A DNA stretch of 64,000 bases, from assembly GCA_963628435.1 (NCBI GenBank), contig CAVGEY010000002.1:73878-137877 (forward strand), written 5' to 3'. Of this stretch, positions 39,446 through 47,956 are shown piece by piece. The translations under genes and the position numbers were made by a program. Within the stretch, counting starts at the first letter, position 1. The number at the start of each line of letters is the position of its first letter. The stretch is from a bacterium. Its GTDB lineage: Bacteria; Bacillota; Clostridia; Oscillospirales; CAG-272. Below the pieces are notes generated by a model. That model was not told where the DNA came from. It was given only the letters and a program-made list of their open reading frames with translations, and searched no databases.

Positions 39446-41056
39446 ATGAAAAAAAGATATTTTATCGGAGGCGCGTGGCCGTATGCGAACAACAGTCTGC
39501 ATGTCGGACATCTTGCGGCTCTGCTTCCGGGCGATGTTATCGCGAGATACGGCAGACTTAAAGGTTATGATGTGATTTATGTTTCGGGTACCGACTCACA
39601 CGGAACTCCGATTACCGAGCGTGCAAAACGCGAGGGTGTATCTCCCGCATCGATTGCCGAGCATTATCATGAGGAATTCGTGAGAGATTTCGATGCGCTC
39701 GATTTCTCGTACGACAAATACACCGCAACATTTACCGACTATCACAAAAAAGGCGTTCAGGATATTTTCCGTCTTATCGACAAGAACGGCTATCTTTACG
39801 AAAAGACCGAAGAGCAGGATTACTGCGAAAAATGCGGAAAATTCGTATCCGACCGCGAAATAGAGGGCAAATGTCCGGTTTGCGGCAAAATCACGCGCGG
39901 CGACCAATGCGAATTCTGCATGGCGTCATTCGATTCGACGGCACTTACCGAAAAAAGATGCCGCACCTGCGGAACTCCCACATCGACACGCACCAACAAG
40001 CATCTTATGTTCGCGCTCTCGAAATTCCAGAAGCCGATAGAAGATTTCGTGGCCGAGATGTCGCCGAACTGGCGTCTTAACGCCGTCAATGAAACGAAAA
40101 AATATCTGACTCAGGGACTTCCCGACAGAGCCGCGACACGCGATCTCGACTGGGGCATTGAAGTTCCCGTTCCCGGATATGATTCAAAGCGAATTTATGT
40201 ATGGTTTGAGGCGGTGCTCGGATATATGACCACCGGCAAGTGGGTTGCCGAGCAGAGGGGCATCGATTTCGACGAATACATGAAAGACGACGGAAATCTC
40301 AACAACTATTATATTCACGGAAAGGACAACATCCCGTTCCACACCGTTATCTTCCCCGCCCTGCTTATGGCAATGGACAAGGGATACTGTCTGCCCACTC
40401 ACATCGTATCATCCGAATATGTGAATGTAAACGATGATAAGATGTCAAAATCAAAAGGCAATATGATTTCGGTTCACGAACTTGCCGAAAACTATCCGTC
40501 CGACTGCGTGCGTTTCTATACGATGCTCTTCAACCCCGAACGCAGAGATGTCAACTTCTCGATTTCGGACATGATTCTGACATACAACAAATTCCTTGCG
40601 GGCGGTCTCGGCAATTTCGTAAACCGCAACCTCTCGTTCATAAAGAAAAAGTTCGGCGGCAAAATCGAAAAAGGAACGGTTGACCCTGCCGTTATCGATT
40701 ATGTAACCGGTCTTTACAAGACAATCGGCGACAAAATCGAGGCGGGTGAGCTGAGATCGGCGACCGAGGATATGGTTTCGCTCATCTCATATTCGAACAA
40801 ATATTATGACGAGCAGAAGCCGTGGGTTCTCGCGAAAGAGGAAGATCTCACCGCATTCTGGAACGTAACCGCGACCTGCCTTTATCTTATGGCGAACATG
40901 GCAAACATCTTCGCACCGGTAATTCCCGACGGCGCGTCCCGTCTTGCGAAGATTCTTCCGATGGAAAGCCCGAAATACGAGCCGACAACTCTTCCCGAGA
41001 GCTTTACGCTTGACGAAGTACCGATTCTCTACGCCCGTATCGACGAAAAGCAGTAA
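39446..41056 (+). CDS. metG: Methionine--tRNA ligase (short form)
   Basis: Start MKKRYFIGGAWPYANNSLHVGHL (HxGH), zinc knuckles CEKCGK/CPVCGK/CEFC/CRTCG, KMSKS. Confidence 0.92.
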   Translation: MKKRYFIGGAWPYANNSLHVGHLAALLPGDVIARYGRLKGYDVIYVSGTDSHGTPITERAKREGVSPASIAEHYHEEFVRDFDALDFSYDKYTATFTDYHKKGVQDIFRLIDKNGYLYEKTEEQDYCEKCGKFVSDREIEGKCPVCGKITRGDQCEFCMASFDSTALTEKRCRTCGTPTSTRTNKHLMFALSKFQKPIEDFVAEMSPNWRLNAVNETKKYLTQGLPDRAATRDLDWGIEVPVPGYDSKRIYVWFEAVLGYMTTGKWVAEQRGIDFDEYMKDDGNLNNYYIHGKDNIPFHTVIFPALLMAMDKGYCLPTHIVSSEYVNVNDDKMSKSKGNMISVHELAENYPSDCVRFYTMLFNPERRDVNFSISDMILTYNKFLAGGLGNFVNRNLSFIKKKFGGKIEKGTVDPAVIDYVTGLYKTIGDKIEAGELRSATEDMVSLISYSNKYYDEQKPWVLAKEEDLTAFWNVTATCLYLMANMANIFAPVIPDGASRLAKILPMESPKYEPTTLPESFTLDEVPILYARIDEKQ

Positions 41057-41067
41057 AACGAATATTA

Positions 41068-41104
41068 CAAAACAGGCAGCCGAAATTCGGCTGCCTGTTT
41101 TATC
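41068..41104. terminator. Bidirectional intrinsic terminator (metG / lrp)
   Basis: Stem AACAGGCAGCCG / CGGCTGCCTGTT with A/T flanks. Confidence 0.85.
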
Positions 41105-41111
41105 TGTTTTT

Positions 41112-41570
41112 TCAGCATTCGGTCGGTATAACCGTATGCTCGTTCTTGTATTTTTTCAGAATAAGATGGGTTTTCGTGAGTGATACACCGTCAAACGAGC
41201 GGATTCTTCCGTAGATGTCATCGAGTCCGTCGGTAGAGTCGGTCACGATATGAAGAATATAATCGAAATCGCCCGTAACGCAGAAACAGGAAATAACATT
41301 CGGGATTTTATCTATCATCTCGAGAAAAGCATCGCCGTAGCGCGGATGCTCCATCGCAACTTCCATTATCGCCGCAACGTCGTTGCCGATTTTTTTCTGG
41401 TCTATGATAAGAGTGTACTGACGGATAAGTCCCGACGTCTCCATACGCTTTATGCGTTCGGTTACTGCCGATACCGAAAGATTTATTTCATCTCCGATTG
41501 CAGATGCCTTTTCACGCGCGTTTTTCTTGAGACAATTAAGAATTTTAAGATCGATGCTGTCCATAGTCAA
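41112..41570 (-). CDS. Lrp/AsnC-family transcriptional regulator
   Basis: N-terminal HTH (IDLKILNCLKKNAREKASAIGDEINLSVSAVTERIKRME) plus a RAM domain. Confidence 0.88.
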   Translation of the reverse strand: MTMDSIDLKILNCLKKNAREKASAIGDEINLSVSAVTERIKRMETSGLIRQYTLIIDQKKIGNDVAAIMEVAMEHPRYGDAFLEMIDKIPNVISCFCVTGDFDYILHIVTDSTDGLDDIYGRIRSFDGVSLTKTHLILKKYKNEHTVIPTEC

Positions 41571-41643
41571 GTTCCCCGCTTTACAAAAATATATTTTATT
41601 ATAAAATTATATTGCGAAACGCCCGACGGCGCCGCAGGGGTAG

Positions 41644-41688
41644 AAAAACCCGATCAATCATTGCATGTTGTACGGCGGATTGATCGGG
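41644..41688 (-). terminator. Intrinsic terminator after ygjV-like gene
   Basis: Minus strand: stem CCCGATCAATC / GATTGATCGGG followed by TTTTT. Confidence 0.7.
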
Positions 41689-41779
41689 AGATGTTTTATG
41701 TATGTATTTTATCACATAATTTTGCTTATTGCAATAGTTTTTTTGCTGTTTTTCGATTTTTTTCGGCTATTTTTGATTT

Positions 41780-42340
41780 TCACGATATTTTTTTCTTATT
41801 CTTGTCGCCCTCGATTCTCATTCTTATCCAGAATACGGCGACAGAGCAGAGATTGAAACATTCTGTTACCGCTCCCGGAATCGAGCCGACTATAATATTA
41901 TATGTCAGCCAACACGGACTGATAATGAAAAACTGCGCAATGCGAAGTTTTCTCGCATCCGACTCCCAGAAGATTATCGAACCTACAAGAGTTGCGAACG
42001 CGACGAGAAAATCCCACGGTGAAAACGGAAGCGCGGGTATGAGCCATTCGGCAAACGGAACGGCGGCAAGTGCGGCGCAGACTCCGATTTTCGCGATTTT
42101 ATCCGCTCGGCTGTCCTTTTTCAGTGTAAGTATGAGTACATTTCTGATAAGAGAAAGGGTATTGTTTATCGCTCCGGCGATGCTGCCGAGCATTGCGAAA
42201 TGTATCGCGAAGCAGACAAACGAGCCCGACATCAGGAGAAATGTTCCGCGCGGCGTTTTTATTTGAAACGAAAGCACAACGATAACGGTCGCAATGATTC
42301 CGAACGCCTGCGTAATTATTTGATATGCAACAGTATCCAT
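41780..42340 (-). CDS. YgjV-family inner membrane protein
   Basis: Five or six TM helices. Two-repeat pattern with SFQ..., HF..LG...GA..N....R resembles the Imp-YgjV family. Confidence 0.7.
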   Translation of the reverse strand: MDTVAYQIITQAFGIIATVIVVLSFQIKTPRGTFLLMSGSFVCFAIHFAMLGSIAGAINNTLSLIRNVLILTLKKDSRADKIAKIGVCAALAAVPFAEWLIPALPFSPWDFLVAFATLVGSIIFWESDARKLRIAQFFIISPCWLTYNIIVGSIPGAVTECFNLCSVAVFWIRMRIEGDKNKKKIS

Positions 42341-42354
42341 TTTAACCCCGAATA

Positions 42355-42395
42355 ATAAAAGTCCGGCTGCCGCCGATGGGCAGCCGGGCTTTTAT
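42355..42395 (-). terminator. Intrinsic terminator of the sigma factor gene
   Basis: Stem GTCCGGCTGC / GCAGCCGGGC with A/T flanks. Confidence 0.75.
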
Positions 42396-42525
42396 TGTAT
42401 CACACTATTTTGCTTTTTTCAATAGCCGCTGCTTATTTTCTCCCCCAATACAGATAGCAATTTTCGTCTATAACAGAACATTTTTTATTCCCATCAATTA
42501 TCGGATCTTGATTGAGAGCTGCCGC

Positions 42526-43332
42526 TTATTCGGCGGCGGCTCTTGCCGTCACACGGCTTCGCAGCTTTTCCACGGCTTTATTTTCAATGAGCCGCACCCC
42601 TTCGGCACTGAGGCTGAGTTTCTTTCCGACGGCACGAAGAGTCATCACTTTTCTGCCGCCGATCCCGTATCTCATTTTCAGCACGTCCGATTCTTTTTCG
42701 GTAAGCGTTGTCCTCATCAGTTCGGACAAAAAAAGCGCATCATCTGCCGATTCGGATGAGCCGTCGTCCGAAAGATTCATTCTTTCAAACTCGTCATCAT
42801 TCGTGCTGATAACTATCGGATCGGGCCTCAGATAGCATTTCACACACTCATCAAACTGCGCGCGTGTCAGCTGTCTGCCGTCCGCCCTTTCGCTCTCGGA
42901 AAAATCGGCATAGAGTTTTTCGACATTTTCAATCGGTTTTCCTTTACAGTATGCCGAAAGGCGGCGGACTCTGTCATAAAGATTTGACGGAAGCCGCATT
43001 TCATAGCCGCCGCTGCACAGTTCGCGGCGTATATAATGGTCTATCGCAGTCCACGCGTATGTGGTAAAGCGGCAGTTAAGCGAAGGTGAAAAATTGCGCG
43101 CCGCTTTAATCAGCGCGATGATTCCGCTCTGCACCAAATCATCATCATCCATCGAGCCGTGTGCATTGACCGATTTCGCAATTTTTTTGACAAGTCCCAT
43201 ATTGTTGCTGACAAGTTCGTCAAGTGCGGAAGAATTTCCGGATTTTATATCCAGACAAAGATCTTCGTTTGTTTTGCGTGTTGTTTCGATACTCTGAGTT
43301 ACGACAGCCATTTTACTACGCCCTTTCTTCAT
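42526..43332 (-). CDS. Sigma-70 family RNA polymerase sigma factor (regions 2, 3 and 4)
   Basis: Region 2 DLVQSGIIALIKAARNFSPSLNCRFTTYAWTAIDHYIRR. Region 4 LTEKESDVLKMRYG...LRAVGKKLSLSAEGVRLIENKAVEKLR. Confidence 0.85.
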   Translation of the reverse strand: MKKGRSKMAVVTQSIETTRKTNEDLCLDIKSGNSSALDELVSNNMGLVKKIAKSVNAHGSMDDDDLVQSGIIALIKAARNFSPSLNCRFTTYAWTAIDHYIRRELCSGGYEMRLPSNLYDRVRRLSAYCKGKPIENVEKLYADFSESERADGRQLTRAQFDECVKCYLRPDPIVISTNDDEFERMNLSDDGSSESADDALFLSELMRTTLTEKESDVLKMRYGIGGRKVMTLRAVGKKLSLSAEGVRLIENKAVEKLRSRVTARAAAE

Positions 43333-43496
43333 CTTTTTTCGTTTGCAAGCGAATTATAACAAAGAAAGTGTACGGAAAACGGTACAGTATAAAAAATTCC
43401 GGCTTTTTTTATAATATTTTTTCGGTATATCTTTATTTTTTTTCCATCTGTGATATAATATCGGCGTACGACAGCAGTCGAAAGGAGTTACATAAA

Positions 43497-44153
43497 ATGG
43501 AACTTAAAGGAAAAAAGATCAATTTTCTCGGTGACAGTATAACCGAAGGTCACGGAGTTGCAAATCCCGAAAACATATTTCACGCGCGTCTGAAAAGAAG
43601 CGAGGGACTTCTTGAAGCGAGAAACTACGGAATAGGCGGAACGCGCATCGCTCCCCAGCACGGCGGAAGCCTTGTAAAAGAATGGGATCAGGATTTTCTT
43701 TCACGTGTGGACATCATGGATCCGGATGCCGACATAATCGTCGTATTCGGCGGAACAAACGACTACGGTCACGGTGACGCCCCCATCGGAGAATTTTCCG
43801 ACCGCACTCCCGACACATTTTACGGCGCACTTCACACTCTCATAAATAAGCTCTACGCAAAATATCCCCACGCGCAGCTCGTTTTCATGACACCCACCCA
43901 CCGCTTTAACGAAGAATCGCCGCGCGGCGACGGCTACAAGCAGCCCACTCTTCCGCTTTCGGGCTATGTCGATGTTATAAAAGACGTCTGCCGCTATTAT
44001 GCGATTCCGGTACTTGACCTGTTTGCATGCTCGTCGATTCAGCCTGCGGTTGAATGTCTTAAAGAGCAGTTTATGCCCGACGGACTTCATCCCAACGATG
44101 CGGGACACGAAATTATCGCATCACGTCTTGCGGGATTTTTGAAATCACTTTAA
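43497..44153 (+). CDS. SGNH/GDSL-family hydrolase
   Basis: Start MELKGKKINFLGDSITEGHG (block I) after the AAAGGAG RBS. GGTND (block III), DGLHPN (block V). Confidence 0.85.
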   Translation: MELKGKKINFLGDSITEGHGVANPENIFHARLKRSEGLLEARNYGIGGTRIAPQHGGSLVKEWDQDFLSRVDIMDPDADIIVVFGGTNDYGHGDAPIGEFSDRTPDTFYGALHTLINKLYAKYPHAQLVFMTPTHRFNEESPRGDGYKQPTLPLSGYVDVIKDVCRYYAIPVLDLFACSSIQPAVECLKEQFMPDGLHPNDAGHEIIASRLAGFLKSL

Positions 44154-44243
44154 TAAAAGAAAAGCAAAACCGAGGGTTTTTCCCTCGGTTTTACATTTAT
44201 AAGGCATCTGCGGCACAGCTCTGCCGACAGTTCCGATCCTTTA

Positions 44244-44972
44244 TTATTTTTCGCGTTTTCTTCTCCGATATTTTGCGCACACAACCGATGCCGTGACACA
44301 TACAAGCGCCGCAGTCGTCAAAAACAGCGCTATATCACCGGTCTGCGGTGTTTTCGACTGCATCTCATTTTGCGCGGATGCAGACGATGCGGCTCTTCCG
44401 TAGAGAGTAATCTCGTTTATTTTCAGCGATCTGTCGACGCCCTCAAATTCGAGCTTATATTCAACCGCCGCTCCGCCGGTTCCGCCCGATGCGGGCAGCC
44501 ATATATTTCCCGATTTGACGAAAAGCGTCCATATAAGCGCGCGTCCCCCGTTATCATCATAGCTGACGGTACAATCGGTAAGGGTACATGGCGAAGATGT
44601 CCTGAAAGAAATCTCGATTGTCCTGCTGAATGTGGCAATTCCGAGAGCGCATGATGTGCTCTCGTCACCGTCGAACATTCTCGCAACACCGAAGCCCGAT
44701 GACTGCTTTTTGTTCATCTTTCCTATCGTGATATTCAGAATATCGACCGAGAGCGCAGTCGGCGGTTCGGTCTGTACGCTGTCGCTGAACACGCCGGTAT
44801 GTGCGACTGTTCCGACGGCGTAATCGTCTGTGTCGGGTTCTGTTTCGGCAGCTGCCGGAAATACCGACAAAAGAAGAAGGCAAAGCGCGACTAAAAATGC
44901 GGCGGTACGGATTTTCCGACACGATTTCGATTTGGAATCGCCGATTTTATCGATTTTATTCAAAATGTTCAT
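44244..44972 (-). CDS. Secreted surface protein with an F5/8-type-C (CBM32)-like domain and an xPQTG-type C-terminal sorting signal
   Basis: Signal peptide. ARMFDGDESTSCAL is discoidin-like. The C-terminus is KTPQTGD, then a hydrophobic helix, then RRRKREK. Confidence 0.6.
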   Translation of the reverse strand: MNILNKIDKIGDSKSKSCRKIRTAAFLVALCLLLLSVFPAAAETEPDTDDYAVGTVAHTGVFSDSVQTEPPTALSVDILNITIGKMNKKQSSGFGVARMFDGDESTSCALGIATFSRTIEISFRTSSPCTLTDCTVSYDDNGGRALIWTLFVKSGNIWLPASGGTGGAAVEYKLEFEGVDRSLKINEITLYGRAASSASAQNEMQSKTPQTGDIALFLTTAALVCVTASVVCAKYRRRKREK

Positions 44973-45156
44973 ACTGCCGTCACCTCCGTTGTCTTTATCT
45001 TATTTATCCTTATTTACCGGTATCATTTTCTCTGCCGTTATTTTAACATATTATTAACTATTTGTCAATAATTTCGGCTGATTTTTTAATAATTTTCGGT
45101 AAAATATTGTAAATTCGGCATTTAGGGCAGGCGGCGGAACAAATTTCGAAAAAAAG

Positions 45157-45185
45157 TTGACATAATACATCGATTTCGGTATAAT
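45157..45185 (+). promoter_or_regulatory. Perfect-consensus sigma-A promoter upstream of the capA-like gene
   Basis: TTGACA, 17 nt, TATAAT. Confidence 0.75.
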
Positions 45186-45269
45186 ATAGATATTATATTT
45201 ACGGCATTGTATTTCATTTATATAGAGTTCGGGCCTTAACGGTCCTCGTAAAAACGGAAGGAAAATCAA

Positions 45270-46535
45270 ATGAAAAAAATAAAGATGATTGCGGCTCTGC
45301 TCGTTCTGCCGATTCTTCTCACATCCTGCTCGATTTTCGAAAGCGGAAACGGCAAACAGACCGATAAAAACATAACCGTTCTGACAGATCCGATCACAAC
45401 CGAGACACCGACGACGACAGACGGCAAGACCGCCACAACCGCCGGGATAACAACAGAGCTGCCGACAACCACCGCGGAGCCGACCGAGCCGGTTATCGAA
45501 GCTGTGGAGGCAACCATTATCGCGGTAGGCGACAATCTCATTCACGGGCCGCTCATCACCAGCGGCAAAAAGGCGGGATATGACACTCTTTACAAAGAGC
45601 TTGCGCCCATGATATCGGCTGCCGATCTCGCGATAATCAATCAGGAAACGATATTCACATACAATGAAAACGAATATTCGGGCTATCCGAAATTCGCGTC
45701 CCCGATCGGAATAGGCGAGGCGGCACTTGCGGCGGGATTCGATGTTTTCTCGACCGCGACCAATCATACCGCCGATCACGGTGAGCAGGCAATACTCGAC
45801 ACGCTTGATTTCTGGGAAAAGCATCCCGAAGGAACCGTTCTCGGAATTTACAAAGACAAAGCCGACCGCGACAACATTCCGGTGGTTACGGTCAACGGAA
45901 TCAGGATAGCTCTGCTCAATTACACCTACGGAATGAATCAAAGCCTTTCCAAATGGTGGATGGTCGACATCATGGGCAAAACGATAAAAGACGATGTAAA
46001 ACAGACGATTTCCGCGCGGATAGAAAAGGCAAAGGAAATCAGCGATTTCGTAATTGTGTGCGCTCACTGGGGCAGCGAATATGTCAACACCCCCACAAGC
46101 TCAGAGGTTGCGTGGGCGCAGTTCTTCGCCGACTGCGGTGTCGATCTTGTCATCGGCACACACCCGCACGTCGTACAACCCGTCATGGAGGTCGAGGGCA
46201 AGAACGGCAACAAAACGGTTGTCTACTATTCGCTCGGCAATTTCGTACACAATCAGAACGATTTTGCACCGAATATCGGCGGTCTTGCGACAATTACGCT
46301 TATCAGCGACAAGGACGGTGTCCGCATAAAAGATTACAATATGGTCGGCACAATGGTCGACTGCTATTATAACGAGAACAAAGTGAAATGCTACACTGCC
46401 TGCCTTATTTCGGAAATGACAGACGAACGCCTGAAAAATCATATCAAATTCAGCGGCAAAACGGTTGCCGATTTCGAGAAGGAGTTTGAAAAGGCTTCCA
46501 CATCATATCCGACCGAGCAGACCGCGGCCGCCTGA
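45270..46535 (+). CDS. CapA-family (PGA_cap metallophosphatase-like) lipoprotein
   Basis: Lipobox LLTSCS, Thr/Pro-rich linker. AVGDNLIH, TATNHTADHG, CAHWGSEY, IGTHPHVVQP. Confidence 0.8.
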   Translation: MKKIKMIAALLVLPILLTSCSIFESGNGKQTDKNITVLTDPITTETPTTTDGKTATTAGITTELPTTTAEPTEPVIEAVEATIIAVGDNLIHGPLITSGKKAGYDTLYKELAPMISAADLAIINQETIFTYNENEYSGYPKFASPIGIGEAALAAGFDVFSTATNHTADHGEQAILDTLDFWEKHPEGTVLGIYKDKADRDNIPVVTVNGIRIALLNYTYGMNQSLSKWWMVDIMGKTIKDDVKQTISARIEKAKEISDFVIVCAHWGSEYVNTPTSSEVAWAQFFADCGVDLVIGTHPHVVQPVMEVEGKNGNKTVVYYSLGNFVHNQNDFAPNIGGLATITLISDKDGVRIKDYNMVGTMVDCYYNENKVKCYTACLISEMTDERLKNHIKFSGKTVADFEKEFEKASTSYPTEQTAAA

Positions 46536-46558
46536 AACCCGGAAGGAGCCTCACAGGA

Positions 46559-47734
46559 ATGAGTAAAAATATCCGCAGATATCAGCCTCCGTTCCCGAGC
46601 GCGAAATACAGCGAGGTCGAGCGCGAGACGGTCATATCGCATATTGAAAAGTGTTTCGGCAAAATCGAAAAAATACAGCACGAATTTATTTCTCCCTACG
46701 CAGTGGTCGACATTGCGATTATACCGCCCGAAAAGCACAGAAAATATTATGTTCTGTCGACGATAGGCGCGGGCGCGTACAAAATGAGGGTGCCGAAATC
46801 GCTGAAAGACAAAAAAATCGACCGTTTCGAGCTTACGGTAATGCTTCCCGACAGCTGGAATGTAGACGGGCGCGACAACAATTCGTTCTGGCCGTTCCAT
46901 ATACTCAGAATGACGGCGCGTATCCCCGCCTACTACGACACATGGCTCGGATGGGGATATTCCACCGACAACACCGAGCCTTTCTATTCGGAAAGCGAAC
47001 TCTGCGGGATGCTGCTCTCGATGCCGAAATACTGTCCCGACAGTAACGAGTACACCGCCTGCACTCTTCCCTGCGGAGATGACGTGAATTTTTATCAGCT
47101 GATTCCGATTTACAAGGAAGAACTCGATTTCAAAAACGAACGCGGAATACTGCCGATTATGGATCTTGTCCGCTTTATGCCGCCGACTATTGTCCCGGAC
47201 CGCCCTCCGGTCTGCGGTCCGTCATCCGAAATCGACTATACCGATGCGGTTGACGCGGTGATTACCCACCGGCCGAAGATATACGACAAGGAACTGAAAA
47301 CCGACGAAAAATCCGCCGCAAATCATATCGCTCTCTATTTATGCTGGTGCGTAAAACACGGTTTGGTCGGCGAAGATTTTATCGAAAATCACCCCGATAT
47401 GCCTTCTCCCGACGATTTTTTCGGATTCCGCGATTTTTTCATTGACAGTCTTGACGGAGTCCTGCTCCTTTCATATCTGTCCGACGCGGGAAAAGAGTTT
47501 ACGAAAGCATATTACAACTTTATCGACGGAAGTTACGCCGCCGATGTCGACAACTGTGCGCTCGAATATTTCGGCCGCGAAAAATGCGAAGGGCCGGACA
47601 TCTGCGACGAAGCCTATCTCTTCGCGCCTTATGACGACACATACAACGAAAAACTGTACTCGCGCATAGATTATGCCTACCGGCTTTTTATGAGCGATCA
47701 ATACAGCCGACCGGGCAACGGCGGAGAAGAATGA
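46559..47734 (+). CDS. SUFU-like (suppressor-of-fused family) domain protein with an additional C-terminal domain
   Basis: The N-terminal 170 aa, VDIAIIPPEKHRKYYVLSTIGAG...FELTVMLPDSW...WPFHIL, fit the bacterial SUFU-like pattern. The C-terminal half was not recognised. Confidence 0.6.
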   Translation: MSKNIRRYQPPFPSAKYSEVERETVISHIEKCFGKIEKIQHEFISPYAVVDIAIIPPEKHRKYYVLSTIGAGAYKMRVPKSLKDKKIDRFELTVMLPDSWNVDGRDNNSFWPFHILRMTARIPAYYDTWLGWGYSTDNTEPFYSESELCGMLLSMPKYCPDSNEYTACTLPCGDDVNFYQLIPIYKEELDFKNERGILPIMDLVRFMPPTIVPDRPPVCGPSSEIDYTDAVDAVITHRPKIYDKELKTDEKSAANHIALYLCWCVKHGLVGEDFIENHPDMPSPDDFFGFRDFFIDSLDGVLLLSYLSDAGKEFTKAYYNFIDGSYAADVDNCALEYFGREKCEGPDICDEAYLFAPYDDTYNEKLYSRIDYAYRLFMSDQYSRPGNGGEE

Positions 47735-47775
47735 TTCAAAAGCCGAACAGGCTATATATTATATATAATATGAAG

Positions 47776-47807
47776 AAAACGCACACCCGACATCGGGTGT
47801 GCGTTTT
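47776..47807 (+). terminator. Intrinsic terminator
   Basis: Stem AACGCACACCCGA / TCGGGTGTGCGTT followed by a T-run. Confidence 0.8.
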
Positions 47808-47956
47808 CACACAATCACATGATTGCGTGAAAAATTCAAAAAAATGTTTGAAAAGGTATTGCAATTTGATAGATAGTGTGCTACAATATGAAAACGCGAT
47901 CAAAACTAAGACAAGTTAACGGATATAATCCGCTGAAATCGAAAGGAATGAACAAA

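Noticed and set aside
41250-42266. A 338-aa plus-strand ORF spanning the lrp gene, the intergenic region and the ygjV-like gene in antisense.
   Set aside because: It stays open across an intergenic terminator by chance. It has no motifs and no RBS, and both sense-strand genes are well supported.
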